A stretch of DNA of 64,000 nucleotides, from NCBI GenBank assembly GCA_963720545.1, contig OY970399.1, forward strand, positions 1-64,000. The letters run 5' to 3'. How positions within the stretch are numbered: position 1 is the stretch's first letter; every line of letters begins with the position of its first letter. Of the stretch, positions 17,914 to 27,232 are shown piece after piece. Under the pieces are notes generated by a model. The model saw only the letters and a program-made list of their open reading frames with translations. It was not told the DNA's origin and ran no database searches. The DNA is from an uncultured Acidobacteriota bacterium. GTDB taxonomy: Bacteria > Acidobacteriota > Vicinamibacteria > Fen-336. The translations under genes were made by a program, and so were the position numbers.

Positions 17914-20889
17914 ATGGCGTCTGGCCCTGCCGACGTCCGCGACGCCGATTCCGCCGCGCCGACGCCGATCTGGGTACCGGCGCCCGGAGCCGTCTCGTCG
18001 TCCCAACTGACAGCTTTCATCGCGCATTGCGAGCGGGTGACGGGCCGCGCCATCGGCACCAGCGGCGAGCTCTACCGGCTCTCGGTGGTTGAGCCGCAGC
18101 GGTTCTGGGCGCTCTTCCTCGAATGGGCCGGGCTGCTCGTCGAGGGCGATCGCCTTCCGGTGCTTGCGGGCGGGAACGTGGAACATACCCGATTCTTCCC
18201 GGGCCTGCGCCTGAGCTACGCGGAGAACTTGCTCGCGTGTGCGGCCAGCGGCGATCTCGACCGGATTGCGGTCACTTCGATCGGGGCCAATGGGACGCGC
18301 GAGCGGCTCACCCGTGGCGAACTCCGGCGGCTCGTCCGCGGGTTCGCCGCCGCCCTTCGATCGCTCGGCGTCGCTCCCGGCGACCACGTGGTCAGCGTGC
18401 TGCGGAACGACGTCGGGTCGGTGGTGGCGGCGCTGGGTGTTGCGGCCGCCGGCGCGAGCTTTTCGAGTGCCGCACCCGAGATGGGCGTGCACAACGTGCT
18501 CAGCCGCTTCGCCCAGCTCGATCCCCTGGTGCTGGTGGTGAGTTCGATCGGGCAACCCCAGTTCGAGGCGGGCCGGCTGCGCGAGCTGGCGGCCGGGCTG
18601 CCGACGCTCCGCGCGATCGTCGTCATGGACGACAGCCCGCTCCCAACGGATCTGCCGGTGTCCGTCCACCGGGCCTCTGGACCAGCCGTCGACGAGGGGG
18701 AGTGGGAGCGATATCCGTTCAATCATCCGCTGCTCGTGCTGTTCTCCTCGGGGACGACGGGCCGGCCGAAGTGCATCGTCCATGGCGCGGGCGGGACTCT
18801 CCTCGAGCACGTGAAGGAGCACGTTCTGCACGGCGACCTGCGGGCGGGCGAAAAGCTCTTCTTCCACACCTCGACCGCCTGGATGATGTGGAACTGGCAA
18901 CTCTCGGCGCTTGCCTGCGGCGCCGAGATCCTGCTCTACCACGGCCCGGTGATCGAACCCGAGACGCTGTGGCGCATCGCGGCCGAGGAGCGGGTAAGCG
19001 TGTTCGGCACGACTCCCGCGTACCTGCGCATGTGCCAGCGCGCGGGCTACTCGCCGCGGCGCCGGCTCGACCTCAGATCTCTGCGCTCGGTCATGTCCAC
19101 GGGCGCGATCCTCTACGATGATCAATACGAGTGGTTCGCCGCCGACGTCGGGGCGATTCCGCTCCAGTCGATCTCCGGCGGCACCGAGATCGTCGGCTGC
19201 TTCGTGCTCGGCAACCCGAACCTTCCCGTCTATGCCGGCGAGGCACAGTGCCGGAGCTTTGGCCTGGACGTCCGCGCGATCGGGTCGGACGAGTCGGGCA
19301 TCGGCGACCTCGTTTGCGCGTCTCCGTTTCCATCTCGCCCACTGGGCTTCCACGACGACCCGAAGGGCGAGCGGTTCCACGCCGCGTACTTCGAGCAACA
19401 CCCGGACGTCTGGACGCACGGCGACCTGATCACGATCACCGAGCGCGGCACCGCGCGGATACACGGCCGCTCGGACGGGACGATGAACGTGCGTGGGATC
19501 CGGATTGGCCCCGCGGAGGTCTACCGCGTGCTCGGATCATTCGCCGAGATCGCCGAAGCGATGGTTGTTGAACAGCCGACGCCGGGGAGCGCGGAGGACT
19601 CGCGGATGGTGCTGCTGGTGGTGACCGCTCCCGGCCACACCCTCGACCTGCCGCTCCGCGCGCGCATCCGCACGGCGCTCGCCCGCAAGGCATCGTCGGC
19701 CCATGTGCCGGCCATGATCGTGGACGTGCCCGAGCTTCCTGTGACGCACAGCGGGAAGTACTCCGAAGTGGCGGCCACCGCGGTGCTTCGCGGCCGCGAG
19801 CCCGCGAACATCGGCGCGCTTCGAAATCCGGACTGCCTCCGCGCCATCGCCGATCGGGTCGCCGTCCACGACGTGGCCGCAGCTCAGGCGCTCGCCGCAG
19901 GCCCGTCTGGCGACGTCGAGCAGGAGGTGTCGCGCATCTGGGAGGCTGTGCTGGGCGACGCGGCCGGGCCCGACGACGACTTCTTCGAGTGCGGCGGCAC
20001 CTCGCTCATGACCGCGCCGCTCTTTCAGCTAATCGCCGACCGCCTCGGGAGGCGGCTCCCGCTCTCGACGATCCTGCACGCACCGACCATCTCCTCGCTG
20101 GCCGCACTGCTTCGCGACAACTCCGACCAGGGCTGGGGGACGCTCGAGCTGCTGCGCGCCGGAAACTCGCAGCGACCGCTGTTCGCCGCACCGGGATTGT
20201 TCGGCGACCCGCTGCTGCTGCGGCCGCTGGCCGAGAGCATCGACGATGACCGAGCCGTGTACGGCCTGCGGGGGCGCGGCCTGATGGGAGGCGAGCTCCC
20301 TTTGGCGACGGTCGAGGAGATGGCGGCGGCGCAGATCGACGGCATCCGAAAGCTCCAGCCGCACGGGCCATATGCCCTGCTTGGCTATTCGCTCGGCGGC
20401 CCGGTCGTCGTCGAGATCGCGCGACGCTTGCTCGAGGAGGGCGAGCAGGTCGAGTTCCTTGGCATCGTGGACACCCACTCCAGCTGGGCCTGCCTTCCGG
20501 CGCGCGAGGTTGCCGCGCAGGCGCTTCAGGTGCCTATGAGATGGCCGAGGGCCTTCACCGCCGACCTGCGCCGAACGCTGCAACGCGGCCTGCAGCGGAT
20601 CGGTGTCGTGTCCGGCGCGACCAGCGATCCGCACACCGCGCGCGTCCAGGCGGCCGGCCAGCGGGCGCTGGACGCGTACTGCCCACGCACGTATCCCGGC
20701 TCGATCGTGTACTTCCGCGCCGCGATCCCCAGCCTGCTACAAGCCGACGCAACGGCGGTCTGGCGGCGCGCCGCGGCAGAGCTCCTGGTAGAGACCGTCC
20801 CCGGCCATCACGACGAACTCGTCGGCCTGCACGCGCCCGACCTCGCCCGCGTTGTGAGCACGCACCTGCGAGCGCGACCGGCGGCGTAG
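17914..20889 (+). CDS. Acetoacetate-CoA-ligase-like adenylation domain fused to a carrier protein and thioesterase (A-T-TE)
   Basis: LSYAENLL, FSSGTTGRPKCIVH, WMMWNW, SISGGTE, GRSDGTMNVRGIRIG, SGK; T domain FFECGGTSL; TE GPYALLGYSLGG and VPGHH. Confidence 0.9.
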   Translation: MASGPADVRDADSAAPTPIWVPAPGAVSSSQLTAFIAHCERVTGRAIGTSGELYRLSVVEPQRFWALFLEWAGLLVEGDRLPVLAGGNVEHTRFFPGLRLSYAENLLACAASGDLDRIAVTSIGANGTRERLTRGELRRLVRGFAAALRSLGVAPGDHVVSVLRNDVGSVVAALGVAAAGASFSSAAPEMGVHNVLSRFAQLDPLVLVVSSIGQPQFEAGRLRELAAGLPTLRAIVVMDDSPLPTDLPVSVHRASGPAVDEGEWERYPFNHPLLVLFSSGTTGRPKCIVHGAGGTLLEHVKEHVLHGDLRAGEKLFFHTSTAWMMWNWQLSALACGAEILLYHGPVIEPETLWRIAAEERVSVFGTTPAYLRMCQRAGYSPRRRLDLRSLRSVMSTGAILYDDQYEWFAADVGAIPLQSISGGTEIVGCFVLGNPNLPVYAGEAQCRSFGLDVRAIGSDESGIGDLVCASPFPSRPLGFHDDPKGERFHAAYFEQHPDVWTHGDLITITERGTARIHGRSDGTMNVRGIRIGPAEVYRVLGSFAEIAEAMVVEQPTPGSAEDSRMVLLVVTAPGHTLDLPLRARIRTALARKASSAHVPAMIVDVPELPVTHSGKYSEVAATAVLRGREPANIGALRNPDCLRAIADRVAVHDVAAAQALAAGPSGDVEQEVSRIWEAVLGDAAGPDDDFFECGGTSLMTAPLFQLIADRLGRRLPLSTILHAPTISSLAALLRDNSDQGWGTLELLRAGNSQRPLFAAPGLFGDPLLLRPLAESIDDDRAVYGLRGRGLMGGELPLATVEEMAAAQIDGIRKLQPHGPYALLGYSLGGPVVVEIARRLLEEGEQVEFLGIVDTHSSWACLPAREVAAQALQVPMRWPRAFTADLRRTLQRGLQRIGVVSGATSDPHTARVQAAGQRALDAYCPRTYPGSIVYFRAAIPSLLQADATAVWRRAAAELLVETVPGHHDELVGLHAPDLARVVSTHLRARPAA

Positions 20890-20986
20890 GTTCGCGGCTG
20901 CAGCCCTGGCGGTCATTTTGTCCTAAGCTCGCGCCACACCAACACGCGCACATCGGGATAACCCAAAGATCAGAATGGAGGGAACC

Positions 20987-21472
20987 ATGCGAAAGCTGGT
21001 CCTGGTCGGGTGTTTCTTTTTCGTGTCCGGATCGATCGCGCTTGCCGGACCGGTTGCCGTCCACTGGAACTGCTCGCCGCCGACGTCCGCGCAGAGCCTC
21101 GCCGCGGGCGATCCGGCCAATCACACCTTCACGATCGCGCAGATCAAGTGCACCGCCACCAAGGGTGAGCTCGCGGGCGTCAAGCAGCAGGAGGGCACCG
21201 GCACCGAATTCCACGACGTCGCGGGCACGGCGGACCATTTCCAGGGCGTGTTCGTCGAAACACTGGCGAGCGGCGACAAGGTGAGCTACACGTACAAGGG
21301 CACCGCGATGCTGAATGCCGCCGGCACGGGCTCAGCGAACAACACGTGGATGGCAGCCAGCGGTACCGGAAAGTTCAAAGGCATCAAGGCAAACGGCACT
21401 TGCAAGGCGACTGCGAACGCCGACAAGAGCGTTTCGTTCGACTGCGTGGGGACCTACTCGTTACCCAAGTAG
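20987..21472 (+). CDS. Secreted beta-rich hypothetical protein
   Basis: GGAGG RBS, signal peptide, four Cys in the mature part, SGTGKFKGIKANG motif. Confidence 0.75.
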   Translation: MRKLVLVGCFFFVSGSIALAGPVAVHWNCSPPTSAQSLAAGDPANHTFTIAQIKCTATKGELAGVKQQEGTGTEFHDVAGTADHFQGVFVETLASGDKVSYTYKGTAMLNAAGTGSANNTWMAASGTGKFKGIKANGTCKATANADKSVSFDCVGTYSLPK

Positions 21473-21476
21473 GCGA

Positions 21477-22436
21477 TCAGTAGACGTCGAGGTCGCGGCC
21501 CACGACCACCCGTCCCGCGTACCCCGACATTTCGTTGAGCAGCGTCGCCGGCGTGGACCGCCCCGCGTCGACCGCTGGCCGTAGCGTTATCGAGGCGTGG
21601 TAGAGGATCAGCAGGCGGGGCTTGGCTTTTGTTGCAAGCTCCGTCAGCTGCGCGGTCGTGGTGTGGAATTGCGCGGCGTAGGCCTGGAAGTCCGGCCGCT
21701 TGGCGAGCCAGTCCAACGTCAGCACTTCGTGGATCAACACATCGCACCCGTGGCAGGCGTCGATCGTCGCCTGGGTCGGGTTGGTGTCGCCCGAGATCAC
21801 GATGCTGCGGTCCGCGGTGTCGAACCGGTAGCCGTAGCTCTCCATCGCGTGCTTGGTGGCGAACGCCGTGACAGTGACGTTCGCGTCTTTGTAGACGACG
21901 CCGGGCTTGATCTCGTGAGCGTTCACCGCATGACCGTCGCGCGTGGCCCCTTGCGTGTACAGGAGGCGATCCTTCATCCGGGTCTCGAAGTCGGCGCTGT
22001 AAGCCTGGAGAAGGTGATCGGCCATGCTGCGAATGCCTGCGGGCCCGAACACCTCGAGAGGCACGGGCCTGCCGATCACCCAGGGCGTGAGCATCAGGTC
22101 GGGAAACCCGACGGTGTGGTCGGAGTGAAGGTGAGTCACAAAGGCGACACGCAGGTTCACCGGTTCCAGCGCCTGGATTCCGCGCTCGACCGCTGCTGAT
22201 TTCGCCCGCCGCACGACGCCGGCGCCGATATCTACTAAATACGGCGTGCCGTTCACGACGATCGCCGTTGCCGGTCCGGAACGATCGGGGTCGGCGCGAG
22301 GGTTGCCGGTGCCAAGCAGCACGACCTGAGTGCCACTCGTCGCCGGTGCCGGCTGTTGGGCCCCAGACTTCGACGCGATGAGAACAACCGAACCGATGAC
22401 CGTTCCGCACAACGCGCGGAGCAATGCGCGACGCAT
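21477..22436 (-). CDS. MBL-fold metallohydrolase (RNase Z/AtsA-like), exported
   Basis: LLGTGNP, YLVDIGAG, THLHSDH, ISGDT, VLIHEV. Confidence 0.88.
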   Translation of the reverse strand: MRRALLRALCGTVIGSVVLIASKSGAQQPAPATSGTQVVLLGTGNPRADPDRSGPATAIVVNGTPYLVDIGAGVVRRAKSAAVERGIQALEPVNLRVAFVTHLHSDHTVGFPDLMLTPWVIGRPVPLEVFGPAGIRSMADHLLQAYSADFETRMKDRLLYTQGATRDGHAVNAHEIKPGVVYKDANVTVTAFATKHAMESYGYRFDTADRSIVISGDTNPTQATIDACHGCDVLIHEVLTLDWLAKRPDFQAYAAQFHTTTAQLTELATKAKPRLLILYHASITLRPAVDAGRSTPATLLNEMSGYAGRVVVGRDLDVY

Positions 22437-22590
22437 GGGTAGCCCCCTTGACGTGGCATTCATGAAGCTCGACGCCGCCCAGCCGTGAACGCTTCGCACC
22501 ACTGGCCGGCACTGTACACCTTGGATCAAATCGTGCACGCCTCGATTCAAAGTGTTAGAAACAATCGACGAATCGACCGGAGGCTCCACG

Positions 22591-23937
22591 ATGTCCACGC
22601 CTCGTCAGCTCATCGCTCGCACGGCGATTGCCAGCCTTGTAGTGGCGGTCGCCGCATCCGAAAGCTTTGCGCAAGACAACATTTCGTACTCCGCAAGGCT
22701 CGACAACTTACAAACGCGCTTCTTTAGCGGGACGTTCGCGCGCAGCGTAGCCGTCGCGGGCGACACCGTTGCCATTGGTCACGTCACCGGGACCGTCGAA
22801 GGATCGAACCAACAGGGTGTTGTGTGGGTCTACGTTCGTCCAGCGCAGGGATGGGGCGCGAATCCGTCGTGGTCGGCACGCCTGCGTCCGCCAGATACAG
22901 CCAGTGAGTTCGGCCACGCCGTGGCGATAAGCGGCGACGTCATTTTCGTGTCCTCCGTGCGGGCCAACATTCCCCCTAGTTTCGACCGCACCAATGGAGC
23001 CGTCTTCGTGTACGTGAAGCCAGCGAGCGGCTGGTCGGGGACGCTGTTGCCAACGGCAACGCTGAGACCGCGCCGGACCAATCGTCGACTCCTCGACGAC
23101 GAGTTCGGGCAAACGCTGGCGGTCCGCGACGACTTGGTCGTGGTCGGATCGACGCTAAGGGCCATCCACAACGGCGTGGACGCGAACGGTTCGGTCTTCG
23201 TCTTCCACAAGCCCACGGCCGGCTGGAGCGGCACGATCAACGAGATCGGTCGCCTCGATCCGCGACCCAGGGGCCTTTTCGGACCGTACTTCCTGGGGGC
23301 ACAAATCACGGTCGGTCCAAAGACCATCGCGGTACTTTCGCAGTATCGGGGTTCCGGCATCCCCGATGTATTCCACTATGTCGATCTCTACTCTCGATCT
23401 GCTGGCACGGGGTGGAGACTCCCTCGACTGCCGATCGCGAGCGTTGCCATTCCTTGGCCCGCGAGTGTCAGTGGGCTGGCGATAGGTGGCGAGACACTGT
23501 ACGTCGGAGAGTTCACACCCTCTCGCGTGCAGATTTTTGAAAAACCGCCAGGCGGCTGGGTCGACACCACCGACGACTCCGCCGTCGCGACGTTGCTACC
23601 CCCTGACTTACCGAATCTCGAAAGCTTTGGCGTGGGGCTCGCTGCACGCGGGCCGAACGTTTTCGTGAGCAGTTCGCAAGCGGCCAACGGCGAGTGGGTT
23701 GGACGGTCCGTCCACCACTTCAAGAGGCCCGCGGGCGGGTGGGCCGGTTACGTGCTGTCGTCGGGTGACCTCGTGCCGCCGGGAGGCGTCGATCCAAACA
23801 CAGGCGCATACGGATCGGCTGTCGCGTATGACGGACGCACGATCGTGGTTGGCGAACCGGTTTTGGCTCGCGACTTCGTGTTCTGGGGTGCGGCACATGT
23901 CTTCGAGCGTGCGGCACCGGCGACTCCTTTGCGTTGA
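22591..23937 (+). CDS. Secreted FG-GAP repeat (integrin-alpha-like beta-propeller) protein
   Basis: Repeated FG.AVA..GD...V / GAVFVY.KP..GW units; signal peptide; GGAGG RBS. Confidence 0.8.
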   Translation: MSTPRQLIARTAIASLVVAVAASESFAQDNISYSARLDNLQTRFFSGTFARSVAVAGDTVAIGHVTGTVEGSNQQGVVWVYVRPAQGWGANPSWSARLRPPDTASEFGHAVAISGDVIFVSSVRANIPPSFDRTNGAVFVYVKPASGWSGTLLPTATLRPRRTNRRLLDDEFGQTLAVRDDLVVVGSTLRAIHNGVDANGSVFVFHKPTAGWSGTINEIGRLDPRPRGLFGPYFLGAQITVGPKTIAVLSQYRGSGIPDVFHYVDLYSRSAGTGWRLPRLPIASVAIPWPASVSGLAIGGETLYVGEFTPSRVQIFEKPPGGWVDTTDDSAVATLLPPDLPNLESFGVGLAARGPNVFVSSSQAANGEWVGRSVHHFKRPAGGWAGYVLSSGDLVPPGGVDPNTGAYGSAVAYDGRTIVVGEPVLARDFVFWGAAHVFERAAPATPLR

Positions 23938-24006
23938 CCTTTGGCCGGATGAACGTTGTCAGAGCGCCGGCCGAAATCAAACACGCGTACGCATCGGGAG
24001 GGAGTG

Positions 24007-25359
24007 ATGATCCACCACGCCAGACAGACCTGTCTCGGCATCCTGGCGGTGGCGCTCGTTGCCATGCCCGCGGCGGCACAGATCCCCGCGTCCGCCTATC
24101 CCGCGCGCCGGGCAGCCGCGCTCTTGGCGATCCGCGGCGACCTGTTGATCGTGCCTGCGCGCGCGTCGTTCCTTGCCGACGACCAGCTCGGTTTCGTCCA
24201 GGCCGCCGACTTTCAGTACCTGACCGGGCTCGGCGAGCTGCTCGGCGCCGTGCTGGTGCTCGATGGCTCGACTTCAGAGTCGACGTTGTTCGTCCAGCCA
24301 CGGAATCCGCTGCGCACCCGCGGCGACATCGCGCCTGACGTAGAGTCGGCACGTCGACTCGGACTGTCCGGCATCCTGACTGTGGACAGGCTCGAATCGT
24401 GGCTGCGGCAGCGTTTCGTCCGCGTGCCCTCAACTGTGTACGTCGCACCGACCGACGCGCGTGGCCCCGTCGCCGCACCGCTGCCAATGGCAGGATCCGT
24501 CGCTCGATGGCAGGCATGGCTCGCCTCGCTCGGCGCCGCCAGAGTCAAGCCTGCGATCGATGTGCTGCGGCCGCTGCGGGAGATCAAGGATGCCAGTGAG
24601 ATCGCGGTGCTTCGCCAGGTCGGCCGCACCAGCGGCGAAGCATTCCTGGCGGGCTTGCGTGCGCTGGCGCCGCAGAAATGGCAACACGAGACCGAGCTCG
24701 CGGTCGTCAATGCCTGCCGCGCGGCGGGCGCGCGCGGCGTCTCGTTCTGGCCATGGACGATGAGTGGACCGAACGCGGACTTCCGTTCGCTCTGGAACAG
24801 CTTCCTGTCGTACGACCACGTGGATCGTCAGATGCGGGCAGGCGAGGTGGTGCGCGTGGACGTCGGCTGCCAGGTCGACCACTACATGGGCGACGTCGGC
24901 CGGACGGCCCCCGTCTCTGGCCACTTCACGCCGGGACAGCGCGAGGCCTGGGATCTGTTCATCGCCGGCTATCGAGCCGGACTCGCAATCATCAAGGACC
25001 ACATGAGTGCGAAAACCGTTTACGACGCGGCGCTTGCTGAAGTGCGCCGGCGTGCGCCCGCACTCACAACGCTCGAAGGAAGACACGCCGCGGAAACGCT
25101 GCTGGGGCCACAAGGGACCGAAGCGTGGCAGTTGCACGGCGTCGGACTCGACGACGCCGAAGGGTTACCCGAGGTGCTCCGAGCGGGAATGGCCGTCGCC
25201 TACGAGTTGATGTTCACCGTTGACGGCGACGGCTTCTATCTCGAAGACATGATCGTGGTTACGAGCAGCGGCTACGAGGTCCTGACGACGGGTCTTCCAT
25301 ATACCGCGGACGAAATCGAGGCGGCGATGTCGACGGGCGGCACGCGCCGAGACAGGTAG
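24007..25359 (+). CDS. Secreted Xaa-Pro aminopeptidase (M24)
   Basis: Q..DFQYLTG, LREIKDASEI; metal ligands in VDVG, GDVGRT, HGVGL, YE and LEDM. Confidence 0.88.
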   Translation: MIHHARQTCLGILAVALVAMPAAAQIPASAYPARRAAALLAIRGDLLIVPARASFLADDQLGFVQAADFQYLTGLGELLGAVLVLDGSTSESTLFVQPRNPLRTRGDIAPDVESARRLGLSGILTVDRLESWLRQRFVRVPSTVYVAPTDARGPVAAPLPMAGSVARWQAWLASLGAARVKPAIDVLRPLREIKDASEIAVLRQVGRTSGEAFLAGLRALAPQKWQHETELAVVNACRAAGARGVSFWPWTMSGPNADFRSLWNSFLSYDHVDRQMRAGEVVRVDVGCQVDHYMGDVGRTAPVSGHFTPGQREAWDLFIAGYRAGLAIIKDHMSAKTVYDAALAEVRRRAPALTTLEGRHAAETLLGPQGTEAWQLHGVGLDDAEGLPEVLRAGMAVAYELMFTVDGDGFYLEDMIVVTSSGYEVLTTGLPYTADEIEAAMSTGGTRRDR

Positions 25360-25385
25360 CGCCGCGCTGACGTCGAGCGACGCGA

Positions 25386-25441
25386 GTCCGCCTTTGCCAA
25401 GGCTCCGGCGGACAGCCGCAGCGAGAAATCAGAGCGAAGGC
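25386..25441. repeat. REP-like hairpin element just outside the tRNA-Glu element boundary
   Basis: GTCCGCC...GGCGGAC stem, then GCGAAGGC abutting the duplicated tRNA 3' end. Confidence 0.45.
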
Positions 25442-25526
25442 TGGCGACCCAGAGAGGGAAAGCACCCTTTTCCATTCACCGTTCGTGGGCTAGTTAGTCA
25501 TGGGGTAAGACCTGCTCGTGCGAGTG

Positions 25527-26003
25527 CTACTGCAGATTTGGAGGCGCGCCGTTCGCGAAGGAAACCACGGCAAACTGGGCCGCCGCAAGGCGCGGCCCTT
25601 CGGGTACTACCTCGACACAGAGGTAGTACGTTCCCATAGGCGCACGGTTCGTTCGTACGGAATACCAGAATTTTCGAAGGGGCTTACGTGAACCGTCCCA
25701 GTAGAGCCTCTCGCCGACTGCATGATCTTTGAACGCGGCGTCAAGAGGCTTTCCCCCGTATGCGTAGACCTGTTCCAGCAACTTGGGCATAGCGGCTTCG
25801 GGAACCGTGTTTTGATACGCGTCCTCCATCCGAGCACGAAGCTCCTTGTGACGCTCGGCTATTAGGTCGTTCACCAACCCGTCCGAAAACTGCCGAGCCT
25901 GAGCCAGATCGATCGCTTCACCAGCCTTTAGGTCGAACTTCGTGCATGCAAGCGCCCCCATGCCAATAAGGAGCGCCGCAAAGGTAGGTCTAAGGCGCAG
26001 CAT
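25527..26003 (-). CDS. Hypothetical lipoprotein (element cargo)
   Basis: MLRLRPTFAALLIGMGALAC lipobox-like N-terminus; atypical codon usage. Confidence 0.65.
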   Translation of the reverse strand: MLRLRPTFAALLIGMGALACTKFDLKAGEAIDLAQARQFSDGLVNDLIAERHKELRARMEDAYQNTVPEAAMPKLLEQVYAYGGKPLDAAFKDHAVGERLYWDGSRKPLRKFWYSVRTNRAPMGTYYLCVEVVPEGPRLAAAQFAVVSFANGAPPNLQ

Positions 26004-26183
26004 CAGGCTGCAACATACCGCTGTTACGGGAACGGGGTCTACATTCCCCGAAAGGCGTTGACACTGGGCGCGTTGCTGGGGCCGACAATGGTGGCTATAC
26101 GGAGAGGGAAGGATCCTTTTCCATACGTGTTTCGTGGCCTCGTGAAGGTCGCGTGAGAACGAGTTCATCGACGGCAAACCGAG

Positions 26184-26280
26184 AAACCGCTCCTTCTCCT
26201 TGTGGCTGCCCCGCAGAGCCTGAGCGATCCAATCAGCGACTTCCGCTGGGATCGAGACGCGATCTCTGAGGCCGGCGAAC
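26184..26280 (-). pseudogene. Possible fragment of a large serine recombinase
   Basis: RVSIPAEVADWIAQALRGSHKEKERF resembles the start of the post-zinc-ribbon coiled coil; recognised by eye only. Confidence 0.3.
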
Positions 26281-26314
26281 CCGATTACGATTAGGCTCCC
26301 ATGGAGGTCTAGTG

Positions 26315-26777
26315 ATGACGAACGTTGATCATCGCTGCGCTCCTGCTGCCGGCTGCCTTGACCGGTATCGCGCAGCAGCAGAGCGTGCGGACACGAGATG
26401 CAACGAGCACCGAACAGGCCGTTCAGCAGCAGGATCAGGAGCGGATTCGCGCGCAGATCAGTGCCGACGCCATCGCGCTTCGCCGAATCTATGCCGATGA
26501 CTTTCTCGGCATCGGTCCGACCGGCGTCGTGCGCAACAAGACAGAGGTCATCGCTGACTTCACAGCGCATACCCTGACGTACCAATCCATTACCACCGCC
26601 GAGGTTCGCGTGCGCGTCTATGGAAATACCGCGGTGGAAACCGGTCGCTCCACGATGGTCGGACAGGATAGGGGCAAGGCCGTTCCGCGCGAAAATCGTT
26701 TCACGCGCGTCTGGGTCATGGCGGACGGGAGGTGGCAGCTGGTGGCTAATCACTATTCGCCGATGACCCCCCAATAG
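26315..26777 (+). CDS. DUF4440/NTF2-like secreted protein; +1 frameshift right after the ATG, or TTG start at 26325
   Basis: D..ALRRIYADDF, VRVYGNTAV.TG, RFTRVWV..DGRWQLVANH.S; GGAGG RBS precedes ATG-A-CGA-ACG-TTG. Confidence 0.8.
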
Positions 26778-26858
26778 GGATCATGCGGTTTTGGCGTCTC
26801 CGACAACGCTGGAGATGAGGACTACGGGAAGGTCCTCGAACGAGCTATGGAAAAGGGA

Positions 26859-26934
26859 TGGCGACCCCGACGGGATTTGAACCCGCGATCTTCGGCTTGA
26901 AAGGCCAACGTGCTAACCGCTGCACCACGGGGTC
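26859..26934 (-). tRNA. tRNA-Glu(UUC)
   Basis: GACCCCG...TTGGC-CTTTCAA-GCCGA...GGTTCAAATCC...CGGGGTCGCCA cloverleaf with encoded CCA. Confidence 0.97.
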
Positions 26935-26968
26935 GTGGACTATGAGGAAAGAGCGGAAAGCGAGTTTA

Positions 26969-27142
26969 TCAGGCGGCCCGATGGAGGGCTACCGCGCTGC
27001 GCTTGCGCTTCCTCTGTGCCGGAGCTTCCGCCGGCGCGACTTCCATCTGCGCGGTTGACTGGTCGGCGAGCCACAGCAGGCGCAGGAGTGCGGCTGAGGC
27101 GCTGGCAAGTAGTGCGAACGCGATGAATTGAAGAGCGAACAT
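26969..27142 (-). CDS. Small single-pass membrane protein (57 aa)
   Basis: GGAGG RBS, hydrophobic N-terminus, basic tail ending RAA. Confidence 0.45.
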   Translation of the reverse strand: MFALQFIAFALLASASAALLRLLWLADQSTAQMEVAPAEAPAQRKRKRSAVALHRAA

Positions 27143-27232
27143 GTAAGTCATCCTCCGCGAGTGAGCGTACGGCCCATGGGTGCCCGGTTGGGTCCGAGGC
27201 ACCTTCGCTTTATTTTCGCCTATCGCGAGGAA

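Larger units (their letters stand above)
25452..26870. mobile_element. Degenerate, integrase-less integrative mini-element in tRNA-Glu
   Basis: tRNA 3'-end copy TGGCGACCC at 25442-25450; 11-bp inverted repeats at 25465-25475 and 26847-26857, symmetric about a shared GA; visibly lower GC inside. Confidence 0.65.

Noticed and set aside
25527..26774. 415-aa minus-strand ORF as one gene
   Set aside because: Its N-terminal part is antisense to the DUF4440 gene and crosses an att-like junction; only the last 158 aa look like a real protein
26792..26804. Third att copy (TGGCGTCTCCGAC, 11/13 match to the tRNA end)
   Set aside because: Lacks the flanking arm sequence; short enough to be chance
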